Made by a program: the position numbers and the translations under genes. The notes beneath the pieces are model-generated. The model made no database searches, had not been told where the DNA came from, and worked only from the letters and a program-made list of their open reading frames with translations. From NCBI GenBank assembly GCA_965261915.1, contig CBDHDW010000013.1:320491-384490 (forward strand): a DNA stretch of 64,000 nt. Reading direction: 5' to 3'. This DNA comes from Candidatus Poriferihabitaceae bacterium (GTDB lineage Bacteria > Pseudomonadota > Gammaproteobacteria > Arenicellales > Poriferihabitantaceae). Below are positions 1 through 8,643 of this stretch, piece after piece. Every line of letters begins with the position of its first letter. Within the stretch, counting starts at the first letter, position 1.

Positions 1-1
1 C

Positions 2-472
2 CGCTGGCTGGGCGTTTTAGAGGCGATGTATTATTGCTATGCAATCCGTCCTTGGACAAAAAATATCACGCGCTCTTTGTTAAAGGAGCCTAAATACTAT
101 CTGTGGGATTGGTCTCAATGCACGGATGTCGGCGCCAGAAATGAAAATTTTATTGCTTCACATTTATTAAAAGCGGTGCATTATTGGAGCGATACTGGGC
201 TTGGGGATTACGGTTTATATTTTCTGCGGGATAAAGAAAAAAGAGAGGTTGATTTTTTAGTCGCCAAAGACGGCGTGCCGTGGTTTATCGTGGAAGTCAA
301 ATCCACTATGGAGCAACCGCTTTCCAGCAGTCTGAAGGTGTTTGCAAAACAGCTCAAGGTGCGGCATGTGTTTCAGGTCGGGATTGACGGCGCGTTTATT
401 GATAAAAATATCTTTGACATAAAACGCCCGATAATCGTACCCGCCAAAACCTTTTTATCGCAACTGGTGTAA
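2..472 (+). CDS. DUF4143-type AAA+ ATPase, C-terminal part (5' end lies outside the window)
   Basis: The frame stays open to the window edge. The tail ...YFLRDKEKREVDFLVAKDGVPWFIVEVKS... matches the endonuclease-like C-terminal module typical of DUF4143 ATPases. Confidence 0.6.
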   Translation, partial: RWLGVLEAMYYCYAIRPWTKNITRSLLKEPKYYLWDWSQCTDVGARNENFIASHLLKAVHYWSDTGLGDYGLYFLRDKEKREVDFLVAKDGVPWFIVEVKSTMEQPLSSSLKVFAKQLKVRHVFQVGIDGAFIDKNIFDIKRPIIVPAKTFLSQLV

Positions 473-680
473 GCAAATAATGTGCTGAGGAAACTCACCG
501 AATTTGACCTTGAAACCTTGAAAAGATGGCATTGAAAACCATGCCATCGTCGTCCTCGCCCTCGAATAGCAGGCAGCCATTTAACACATGAGCAACCAAG
601 TTTTGATGTACCAAGAAGTGCGGATTGGGACTACAAGCCCGCGCTGGTCGAGTTACATGAGGGGAACCCTTGCGGGTTTG

Positions 681-718
681 TGTTTTACTGGGTTCCTGCT
701 TGCGCAGGAATGACGAAT
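681..718. repeat. REP-like palindromic unit (GGAATGACG family), copy A
   Basis: tgttttactgggttcctgcttgcgcaggaatgacgaat is the reverse complement of 39671-39708 with a 37/38 match. It contains an internal hairpin, ggttcctgc / gcaggaa. Confidence 0.85.
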
Positions 719-924
719 ATGGGGTTTTTACGCAGTCTCTATGGGGCGAGAATGAATAAGTTTCCGTTCTCCATCCTGTTTCGTGAATGCTCGGGCACCG
801 GGTACGTCTTGGCGGTTGCTCACAACCGGCGGCATCCGCAATACTGGACAAGCAGGCTTTAACAATGCCAAATAACTCGATTGCACAGCAAAAACACCGT
901 GAATAGACTCCATTTTATGTTGCC

Positions 925-966
925 TATTCACTAATTATTGCTATTTTTTAGTGAATATATGATAAT
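925..966 (+). promoter_or_regulatory. Putative fic promoter with an overlapping inverted-repeat operator
   Basis: Perfect 10-bp arms TATTCACTAA (925-934) and TTAGTGAATA (948-957), plus a third GTGAATA half-site at 899-905. Candidate -35 TTGCTA (938-943), 17-nt spacer, -10 GATAAT (961-966). No Shine-Dalgarno before the ATG at 973, so the transcript may be leaderless or have a very short leader. Confidence 0.4.
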
Positions 967-972
967 CATGCG

Positions 973-1860
973 ATGCCGACCTCCCATCCAGCGAGAAAAA
1001 AGATTGCTACTTTGCGAGCAGAATATACTGCCTTAAAAGCGGGCAAAGAATCTCTTTTAGCCATGATTGACGAGGTGGAAACACCGGAGAATGTCTATAA
1101 CTCCAACGCCATAGAAAACTCCACCTTGACACTGAAGGAAACCGAGAAAATTTTGCTGGAGATGGTGTTGTCTCGTGATGTGTCCGTGCGCGAGGTGTTT
1201 GAGGCACAAAATCTGAATCGGGTTATCGCTTACAAACGCAACAAAGCCCAAAATGAGCCAATCAGTGAAAATCTGCTATTGCTATTGCACAATATGCTGA
1301 TCGGTGGCATCGATGATTCTATCGCCGGTCGATTTCGCCAGAAAAATGAGTTTGTGCGAGTGGGTACGCATATCGCTCCACCACCAGAACATGTCGGGCG
1401 AATGATTGAAGACATTTTATTTGCTTATACAAATGATCTGGATCATTATTTTTTAGATAAGATTGCCCAGTTTCATTTGGATTTTGAAACCATTCATCCA
1501 TTCTGTGATGGCAATGGTCGCATCGGTCGGGTGCTTATTAACTTTCAGTTACTGATCTTGGGGTTTCCTCGAGTGATTATTCGCAACAAAGAGAAAAACA
1601 CCTATTACCGGGCATTTGATGATTACCGCGAAAAAAAGCAGCCAAAAACTATGGAAAAAATACTGATATTGGCTTTGCTGGAATCCCTGCATAAGCGTAC
1701 AAGCTATTTAAGAGGAGCAAATATCATCCGTTTGTCCGATTACATCAAACAAAATAAACTTTCCGCACCAGCTTTTACCAACGCCGCTCGTCGCCAGACT
1801 ATTCCTGCCTTTCGGGAAAAAGAAATATGGAAAATCGCTCAAAATTATCAACCCGGATAA
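973..1860 (+). CDS. fic: Fic/DOC family protein (class II architecture, N-terminal inhibitory helix)
   Basis: The Fic active-site motif HPFCDGNGRIGR (HxFx[D/E]GNGRxxR) is at aa 175-186 (nt 1495-1530). The inhibitory motif SNAIEN ([S/T]xxxE[G/N]) is at aa 44-49 (nt 1102-1119). Confidence 0.9.
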   Translation: MPTSHPARKKIATLRAEYTALKAGKESLLAMIDEVETPENVYNSNAIENSTLTLKETEKILLEMVLSRDVSVREVFEAQNLNRVIAYKRNKAQNEPISENLLLLLHNMLIGGIDDSIAGRFRQKNEFVRVGTHIAPPPEHVGRMIEDILFAYTNDLDHYFLDKIAQFHLDFETIHPFCDGNGRIGRVLINFQLLILGFPRVIIRNKEKNTYYRAFDDYREKKQPKTMEKILILALLESLHKRTSYLRGANIIRLSDYIKQNKLSAPAFTNAARRQTIPAFREKEIWKIAQNYQPG

Positions 1861-1915
1861 GCCGATGACTAAACTCACCGAAGCAGCTCTTGAAAGTGTT
1901 GCCATCGCCCTCCTT
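1731..1915 (+). repeat. Direct repeat copy 1: fic 3' end plus hsdR 5' start
   Basis: Near-identical to 3337-~3490 at an offset of 1606 bp, with only a few substitutions over ~150 bp. It then diverges but stays recognisably homologous to ~1915/3521. Confidence 0.9.
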
Positions 1916-2002
1916 GAAGAATCAAGAGGTCTTAAAAAATTCTTAAAATTGGCTGTCCTAGACACGGTCCGTTCGGATGTGTTCGAGTTATATAAGCAGT
2001 AA
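1865..2002 (+). pseudogene. hsdR 5' stub (45 codons) left of the inserted ATPase gene
   Basis: MTKLTEAALESVAIALLEE... parallels the real HsdR N-terminus MTKLTEADIENLAIALLKQ... at 3471. The stub stops after 45 aa. Confidence 0.7.
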
Positions 2003-2103
2003 TAATGGTTTATGGTGATATTTAGCGTCTATCAGGGGTGTTACGGGGTTGACTATATTTAGTATGTTTTATATATTTATGCTCAATACTATATTTATGG
2101 AAT

Positions 2104-3318
2104 ATGCTAATGTCTGATTTCAAGAACCCGTTTCGCCCCGGCGCAGGACATACCCCACCTTACCTTGCTGGACGACAGCACGAGCGTAAAGAGTTTTTAC
2201 GGCTACTAACCCAGGAGCGCATCCTTGAAAATATGGTGCTTACCGGGTTACGCGGCGTAGGTAAAACAGTACTGCTAGAAACCTTTAAGCCCTTGGCAAT
2301 CAGTCAGGGCTGGTTGTGGGCTGGAACCGATCTTTCTGAGTCAGCGAGTGTCAATGAAGACAATATTGCCGTTCGGCTTTGTACAGATATTTCCATTATC
2401 ACGTCCGACCTGGTGATAGATAGCAGAGAGGTCCAAAAACTGGGGTTTAGTGGAAGAGCAGAAAAAATCGAACATACCCTGGATTATCAAACGTTGTTTG
2501 GCATTTACAATTCCACGCCCGGTCTTGCCTTGGATAAACTCAAAACAGTTCTGAAAGCTGCATGGCGTGTTCTTTCTGTTGACGATCAACCTAAAGGCAT
2601 CATTTTTGCCTATGATGAAGCGCAAAATCTGTCTAACCAGGCACAAAAGGAGCAATTCCCACTCGCATTGTTGCTGGATACGTTTCAATCACTACAGAGG
2701 ATGGGGATGCCTCTGATGTTGGTTCTCACGGGTTTGCCAACATTGTTTCCAAGGCTTGTTGAAGCCAGAACATTTTCGGAAAGAATGTTTCGCGTTGTAT
2801 TTCTGCAAAGTTTAGGGCCTGAAGAAAGCAGGGATGCGGTTCACAAACCAATTGAAGATGAGAATTGCCCGGTAAAATTAAATGATGAGTCGGTTCAGAC
2901 AATAATTGAACTGTCTGGAGGATATCCCTATTTCATCCAATTTATTTGTCGAGAAGTATACGATGCTTTTATACAGAAGATTAATAGAGGAGACCAGGCA
3001 TCAGTGCCAGTGAAGGAGATAGAGCAAAAATTGGATACAGACTTTTTTTCCGGGCGTTGGTCCCGCGCTACAGATAGACAGAGAGAATTGTTGGCCGTAA
3101 TTGCTACTATAAATAACTGCGAAGATGAATTCACGGTTCAAGAAGCTGTGGATGCATCAAAAAAAATGCTTTCGAAACCGTTCAGTAATAGTCATATTCA
3201 TCAGATGCTTGTTGCGCTAAGCGATCAGGGGCTTATTTTTAAAAACAGGCATGGGAAGTATTCTTTTGCTGTTCCTTTAATGGGCAAGTTTATTTCTCGG
3301 CAAGGTCTGGTTCCGTAG
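2104..3318 (+). CDS. AAA/STAND-like ATPase with a C-terminal winged-helix region (Arch_ATPase / AAA_16-like)
   Basis: The N-terminus FRPGAGHTPPYLAGRQHE...LTGLRGVGKTVLLE carries a Walker A. IIFAYDEAQNL is Walker B-like. The C-terminal ~80 aa look like a wHTH. An AT-rich promoter region with three tatattta(t/g) motifs lies upstream. Confidence 0.6.
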   Translation: MLMSDFKNPFRPGAGHTPPYLAGRQHERKEFLRLLTQERILENMVLTGLRGVGKTVLLETFKPLAISQGWLWAGTDLSESASVNEDNIAVRLCTDISIITSDLVIDSREVQKLGFSGRAEKIEHTLDYQTLFGIYNSTPGLALDKLKTVLKAAWRVLSVDDQPKGIIFAYDEAQNLSNQAQKEQFPLALLLDTFQSLQRMGMPLMLVLTGLPTLFPRLVEARTFSERMFRVVFLQSLGPEESRDAVHKPIEDENCPVKLNDESVQTIIELSGGYPYFIQFICREVYDAFIQKINRGDQASVPVKEIEQKLDTDFFSGRWSRATDRQRELLAVIATINNCEDEFTVQEAVDASKKMLSKPFSNSHIHQMLVALSDQGLIFKNRHGKYSFAVPLMGKFISRQGLVP

Positions 3319-3336
3319 GCGAAGTGCTTGTAGCAG

Positions 3337-3521
3337 TTTGTCCGATTACATCAAGCAAAATAAACTTTCCGCACCAGCTTTTACCAACGCCGCTCGTCGC
3401 CAGACCATTCCTGCCTTTCGGGAAAAAGAAATATGGAAAATCGCTCAAAATTATCAACCCGGATAAGCCGATGACCAAACTCACCGAAGCCGACATTGAA
3501 AACCTTGCCATTGCGCTGCTC
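3337..3521 (+). repeat. Direct repeat copy 2: orphan fic 3' fragment plus the true hsdR start
   Basis: See 1731-1915. The fic-tail sequence here has no fic body upstream. Confidence 0.9.
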
Positions 3522-6500
3522 AAACAGCAGGGCTACAGCCATTTGGCACCCGAGCAGCAGGAACGGGAAAGCCCCGCCGATGTTGTTTTACAGCCACGCC
3601 TAGAAGCTGCGATTAACAAACTCAACCCCGCTATTCCCGTGTCCGCTAAAAAACAGGCATTGCGCGAGGTGTTGAATCTGCCCGGACCAAGCCTGATTGA
3701 AAGCAACCGGGAATTTCATACCATGCTGACGGATGGCGTGCGGGTGGAGTATCAGAAAAACGGCAATACGGTCGGCGGCACGGTGTGGTTGATTGATTTT
3801 TCCAATCCGCGCAATAATGATTTGCTGGTGTGTGATCAATTTACGGTCATCAGCAATAACATCAATCGCCGAGCGGATATTGTGCTATTTGTCAATGGCT
3901 TGCCGTTGGTGGTGATTGAGCTTAAAAATGCGACCGATGAAAAGGCGACGGTTAAAAAAGCCTTTACCCAACTGCAAAATTATAAAGCCGATATTCCGGC
4001 CCTGTTTTGCTACAACGGCGTGTTAGTCGCTTCCGATGGGCTGGATGCCAAAGTGGGTTCGCTGACTGCCGACTGGGACCGGTTTGTGGCTTGGAAAACC
4101 GTTGACGGCATCAAATGCGACCCCAGCAATACGCCACAAATAGAAACCCTGATTAAAGGACTGATTCGCCCCGATGTGTTGCTTGATTTGGTGAAACACT
4201 TTTCCGTGTTTGAAACCAGCGGCAAAGAAGACCCCGAAACCGGCTTGAGCAGTGTTGAAACGATTAAAAAAATCGCCGCTTATCATCAATATCATGCGGT
4301 CAATCGGGCGGTTGAGTCGACCCTCCGCGCAATTGCCGAAACGACACCAGCAAACAGGGTCAGCGAATCTCCCACCGAGTTCGGATTGGCAGACATCGAC
4401 AAGCAATCGCCCGGCGATAAAAAAGTGGGGGTGGTATGGCATACGCAAGGCAGCGGCAAGTCGCTTTCTATGCTGTTTTATGCCGGCAAGCTCATTGTCA
4501 ATGAACCATTGGGCAACCCGACTATCGTGGTGGTTACCGACCGCAACGAGCTGGATGATCAGTTATTTTCCACCTTCGCAAACAACCAGCAATTATTACG
4601 GCAGCAACCGGTACAGGCAAACAATCGCTTGCAATTAAAAGAACTTTTGAAAACCGACGGTGGCGGCATTGTATTTACCACCATTCAAAAATTTTTCCCA
4701 GAACAGCCCGACAACGAAAACTTTGAGCTGCTTTCTAAACGCAGAAATATCATTGTTATTGCTGATGAAGCGCACCGCTCGCAATACGGTTTTGGTGCCA
4801 AAACCAGCATCAAGAAGAATACCGCATCGGTAACCTACGGCTTTGCGAAATACTTGCGAGACGCATTGCCCAATGCCTCTTTTATCGGCTTCACCGGCAC
4901 ACCGATTGAAAAAGAGGATATCTCAACGCCGGCGGTTTTCGGCAACTATATTGATGTATATGATATTGAACAGGCAGTCGAAGACGGTGCAACGGTGCCT
5001 ATTTATTATGAATCGCGGCTGGTTAAACTCCATATCAGCGAAGAGGACAAGACAAAACTGGACACAGAAGTGGAGCAGATAACCGAAGGCGCGGAGTCGG
5101 ATACTACGAGAAAGGCAAAAGCAAAATGGACGCAAGTGGAGGCAATTGTCGGGCATAACGAGCGTCTGCAAACGGTTGCAAAAGATATAGTTACGCATTT
5201 TGAGGCACGTCAAGAAACGCTTGCAGGCAAAGCGATGATTGTGGCCATGAGTCGGCGAATTGCGGTTGATTTATATGCTGAAATTATCAAACTGCGCCCC
5301 AAGTGGCACGACTCCGACCGACAAAAAGGCAACCTCAAAGTCATTATGACATCCAGCACTAGCGACCCACAGGACTGGCAGGCGCACAATACCAATAAAA
5401 AAGACAGAAAAGACCTTAGCGACCGGTTCAAAGACCCAAACGATTCTCTGCAACTGGTTATCGTGCGCGATATGTGGCTGACCGGTTTTGACGCGCCTTG
5501 TCTGCATACCATGTATATCGACAAGCCGATGCGCGGGCATAATCTGATGCAGTCAATCTCTCGCGTCAACCGGATTTATAAGGACAAACCCGGTGGATTG
5601 ATTGTTGATTATATCGGCATTGCCGCAGACTTAAAAAAAGCACTCCGCACCTATACCGAAAGCGGCGGTAAGGGCGTGCCTACGCTTGACCAGTCGGCGG
5701 CGATTGCGATGTTGCTGGAAAAATACGACATCGTAATGCAAATGTTTCATGGTTTTGACTACAAACGCTATTTTACCGCCGACACCAAAGACAAACTGAC
5801 GATTATCCTCGAAGCGCAAGATCATATTCTGGGCTTGGATGACGGTAAAAACCGGTTTGCCAAAGAAGTGATTGTTTTGGGAAAAACATTTGCCCTTGCT
5901 GTGCCCTCTCCAGAAGCGATGGCGATTAGAGATGAGTTAGGATTTTTTCAAGCCATCAAGGCGCGGCTGATGAAGCTGGATTCTGGCGGCAACGGCAAAA
6001 GCGATACCGAAATAGAAACCGCAGTTAAGCAAATTATCGATAAGGCGTTAGTGGTTGGCGGGGTGATTGATATTTTTTCCGCCGCCGGCATTAAAAAACC
6101 AGATATGACGATTCTCTCAGATGAATTTATGGAAGAAATACGCGCCATGAAACATCAGAATCTGGCATTAGAATTGCTTAAAAAAATTATTGGCGATGAA
6201 ATAAAAACCAGCGCGAAAAAGAATTTCATTCAGGGTAAAAAACTGTCCGATATGCTGGATGCCGCGCTTAAACAATATCATGATAAATTGCTGACGACAG
6301 CAGAGATTATCCACCTGTTAATCGATATTGCCAAAGAAACAAAGGCGGCTGATGAGCGCGGCGAAAATTTAGGCTTAAGCGAAGACGAAATCGCTTTTTA
6401 TGACGCGCTGGCGTTTAATGAAAATGCTCAACAGGTGCTTGGCGATGATACCTTGCGAGAGATTGCCGCCATATTGGTCGAAAAAGTACGCACCGAAGCA

Positions 6501-6668
6501 ACGCTGGACTGGACAATAAAAGAAAACGTGCGAGCGCAATTGCGTATTACCGTCAGAAGAATCTTAAACAGATACGGCTATCCCCCCGACAAACAAAGAC
6601 TGGCAACGGAAAATATCCTGAAGCAAGCCGAGCTGTTTGCTGATGAGTGGAGTTCACAGCCGGTATGA
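3471..6668 (+). CDS. hsdR: Type I restriction enzyme R subunit (HsdR)
   Basis: Typical N-terminus MTKLTEADIENLAIALLKQQGY. Helicase motif I is VWHTQGSGKSLSM and the DEAH box is VIADEAHRSQYG. The C-terminal region is HsdR-like. The ORF-track start at 3324 reads the duplicated fic tail in another frame, so ATG 3471 is preferred. Confidence 0.93.
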   Translation: MTKLTEADIENLAIALLKQQGYSHLAPEQQERESPADVVLQPRLEAAINKLNPAIPVSAKKQALREVLNLPGPSLIESNREFHTMLTDGVRVEYQKNGNTVGGTVWLIDFSNPRNNDLLVCDQFTVISNNINRRADIVLFVNGLPLVVIELKNATDEKATVKKAFTQLQNYKADIPALFCYNGVLVASDGLDAKVGSLTADWDRFVAWKTVDGIKCDPSNTPQIETLIKGLIRPDVLLDLVKHFSVFETSGKEDPETGLSSVETIKKIAAYHQYHAVNRAVESTLRAIAETTPANRVSESPTEFGLADIDKQSPGDKKVGVVWHTQGSGKSLSMLFYAGKLIVNEPLGNPTIVVVTDRNELDDQLFSTFANNQQLLRQQPVQANNRLQLKELLKTDGGGIVFTTIQKFFPEQPDNENFELLSKRRNIIVIADEAHRSQYGFGAKTSIKKNTASVTYGFAKYLRDALPNASFIGFTGTPIEKEDISTPAVFGNYIDVYDIEQAVEDGATVPIYYESRLVKLHISEEDKTKLDTEVEQITEGAESDTTRKAKAKWTQVEAIVGHNERLQTVAKDIVTHFEARQETLAGKAMIVAMSRRIAVDLYAEIIKLRPKWHDSDRQKGNLKVIMTSSTSDPQDWQAHNTNKKDRKDLSDRFKDPNDSLQLVIVRDMWLTGFDAPCLHTMYIDKPMRGHNLMQSISRVNRIYKDKPGGLIVDYIGIAADLKKALRTYTESGGKGVPTLDQSAAIAMLLEKYDIVMQMFHGFDYKRYFTADTKDKLTIILEAQDHILGLDDGKNRFAKEVIVLGKTFALAVPSPEAMAIRDELGFFQAIKARLMKLDSGGNGKSDTEIETAVKQIIDKALVVGGVIDIFSAAGIKKPDMTILSDEFMEEIRAMKHQNLALELLKKIIGDEIKTSAKKNFIQGKKLSDMLDAALKQYHDKLLTTAEIIHLLIDIAKETKAADERGENLGLSEDEIAFYDALAFNENAQQVLGDDTLREIAAILVEKVRTEATLDWTIKENVRAQLRITVRRILNRYGYPPDKQRLATENILKQAELFADEWSSQPV

Positions 6669-6813
6669 AGCCAATCGGAATGGGGCTTTAGTTATGGCGG
6701 TGAATGATTTAATGCTAGCGACCTTTGCATAAATCTACCCAGGGTCGGTTAAAATGGTAAAAAGATATTCATTCACTAAACGCTTGAGCACTAAACCATG
6801 AGGATACCGTCAA

Positions 6814-6950
6814 ATGTCTTGGAAACAAACCGCCCAATACTCGCTCGCAGATGCCTTTTAATTGTGCATAAATCATTGTCCAAACTGGATGATGTGGATG
6901 AAATGATCGATTGGAAACAAAGGCGACTTTTACGAGAGAGTTGCGCCTAA
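6814..6950 (+). pseudogene. IS5-family (DUF772-type) transposase N-terminal remnant
   Basis: MSWKQTAQYSLADAF* is followed, in a shifted frame, by LIVHKSLSKLDDVDEMIDWKQ.... This resembles the InsH/DUF772 N-terminal pattern (..SLADAL....L..L...IDW). It is interrupted and has no transposase body. Confidence 0.5.
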
Positions 6951-6954
6951 ACGG

Positions 6955-7008
6955 GCAATAAAGCGATTAAAAGCCACTAAAAGCGGTTAAAAGCGCTGAA
7001 AATAGCGG
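6955..7008. repeat. Five phased ~10-bp units containing TAAAAGC
   Basis: gcaaTAAAGC gatTAAAAGC cacTAAAAGC ggtTAAAAGC gctGAAAATAGC, spaced one helical turn apart. Confidence 0.6.
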
Positions 7009-7138
7009 TTTTTGGTTTGATATTGATGGATTCGAGAATATGAGCGAAAAAATGACGTTGTTGGTGATTTGCACCGAGTGTTTTGTGGGTTATGCAAAGG
7101 CCTCATTAAATAATGGTTTTGAATAATTATTAAAGCTT

Positions 7139-7777
7139 TTGACTGTGGATACGGAGAAAACCAGACTTGATATCATCAGACATGGTGAGCATGTATTGGG
7201 GGAGGTGGTGTGTGGTGTTACCGATCCTGATCTAACTACCGCCGGATGGAATCAAATGAAATCCACAATCGATCAACTGGTTAACTCAGGTTTATCATGG
7301 GATTTATGCGTAACTTCTCCGAGGGTCCGGTGCGCTGGCTTTGCGAAAAGTATGGCTGAAGAACTGAGTATGAAATGCGCCGTAATGACTGAATTGGCAG
7401 AAGTGGATTTTGGTGAATGGGAAGCAATGGCCTATACGGAAATCAATTCCCGGTTTCCGGGACAATGGATGCAGTGGATTCATTGTCCTGATGAAGCAGC
7501 GCCGCACGGTGGAGAGGCGTACGGGCAATTTCTGAATCGGATCGATGTTGCAACGAAAAACCTGATTGAACAATTTAGAGGCAAACGAATTCTTTGTTTC
7601 GCTCATGCTGGTGTTATCCGTGCATTACTTTATTCTGTTCTCAAACTTGAACGCTTGTCTCTGTCAGGGATAAGTGTGCCCCATGGCTGCCATAGTGCGG
7701 TCTTGGTGTATCATTCCCCCGAAAAGGCAGATTGGTATCAGATGCACAGCCACAATACATTTGCGGCAAAGCCCTAG
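7139..7777 (+). CDS. Histidine phosphatase family protein, alpha-ribazole phosphatase (CobC)-like
   Basis: RHGE catalytic motif (LDIIRHGEHV) near the N-terminus and a phosphoglycerate-mutase-like fold signature. It lies next to cobS. The start is TTG/GTG and is uncertain. Confidence 0.7.
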   Translation: MTVDTEKTRLDIIRHGEHVLGEVVCGVTDPDLTTAGWNQMKSTIDQLVNSGLSWDLCVTSPRVRCAGFAKSMAEELSMKCAVMTELAEVDFGEWEAMAYTEINSRFPGQWMQWIHCPDEAAPHGGEAYGQFLNRIDVATKNLIEQFRGKRILCFAHAGVIRALLYSVLKLERLSLSGISVPHGCHSAVLVYHSPEKADWYQMHSHNTFAAKP

Positions 7778-7822
7778 ATTCATGACTCATACTCGTTCTA
7801 TAGCCGTTCGGAAGTGTACTTC

Positions 7823-8584
7823 ATGAAAGCGTTTCTGTTTGCCGTTCAGTTTCTCACTCGAATTCCGGTTACGTCCCGGCTCGTTGCAATAGAGAGCAGC
7901 ACAAGCGAGGTTCATGCGGAAAATTCGGCTGCCGCGGTTTCCTGGTACGGGGTTGTTGGAGGCGTATTGGGTATTATTCTGAGCGTGTCAGGCTGGTTCC
8001 TGTCTGTTGCCGGACTGCCGGAAATGGTCGTTGCTGCGATATTGGTGGCCGTCTGGGTAATGATTACCGGTGCGCTCCATCTTGACGGACTAGCCGATTG
8101 CGGCGATGCCTGGATGGGTGGACATGATGCTGCCAGAATGTTGGAAATATTGAAGGATACACACTGCGGTGTTGGTGCCATCATAGCGGTGTGCTGCATA
8201 ATATTGATAAAGTTTACTGCGCTGGTATACCTGCTGACCAATGGTTCGCTTATGGCCTTGGTTTTCAGCACAATTTTGGCGAGACTGGGTTTAACTTTGT
8301 GTGTGTCTGTTTTTCCCTACGTTCGATCGTCAGGACTTGGTGCGCAGTTAAAAAATAATCTTAATCCCCGCGCTATGTTTTTGTATTCTATTGGTTTGCT
8401 TGGCATCATGGCGGTTTTGTCTTTACCGGGTTTGCTCGTTGGTCTGGTCGCAACCGCTTTGGGTATTTGTGTCGTTTACTTTTTGGTGGCAAGGAAGATT
8501 GAGGGCTACACCGGCGATGTCTACGGTGCGACAGTCGAAGTTTGTGAAGCGCTGATTTTAATTTCGCTGTGTTTGCTTATCTAA
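7823..8584 (+). CDS. cobS: Adenosylcobinamide-GDP ribazoletransferase (cobalamin synthase)
   Basis: Hallmark N-terminus MKAFLFAVQFLTRIPV and LHLDGLADCGD, in a polytopic membrane protein. ATG 7823 is preferred over GTG 7814. Confidence 0.88.
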   Translation: MKAFLFAVQFLTRIPVTSRLVAIESSTSEVHAENSAAAVSWYGVVGGVLGIILSVSGWFLSVAGLPEMVVAAILVAVWVMITGALHLDGLADCGDAWMGGHDAARMLEILKDTHCGVGAIIAVCCIILIKFTALVYLLTNGSLMALVFSTILARLGLTLCVSVFPYVRSSGLGAQLKNNLNPRAMFLYSIGLLGIMAVLSLPGLLVGLVATALGICVVYFLVARKIEGYTGDVYGATVEVCEALILISLCLLI

Positions 8585-8643
8585 AAGCAGTAATCTCGGG
8601 TGCTATTGAATAGCCAGCATAAATGTAGACTACCCCCTCCCCA

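Noticed and set aside
495-931. Three overlapping ORFs (495-851 -, 680-862 +, 728-931 -) between the DUF4143 ATPase and fic
   Set aside because: They run through REP-like palindromic repeats (the ...VPACAGMT... type of read-through). They overlap each other on both strands and have no recognisable domain, so they were treated as non-coding.
3324-3470. 49-codon N-terminal extension of the hsdR ORF in the ORF track (start at 3324)
   Set aside because: This stretch is the duplicated fic 3' end read in a different frame. A canonical HsdR N-terminus (MTKLTEADIENLAIALL) starts at ATG 3471, and the same ATG context follows the real fic stop at 1865.
6951-7138. Possible cobalamin riboswitch upstream of cobC/cobS
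   Set aside because: I could not find the B12-box or the conserved paired core by eye. The region is dominated by AT-rich phased repeats. Only an Infernal/Rfam scan could overturn this.
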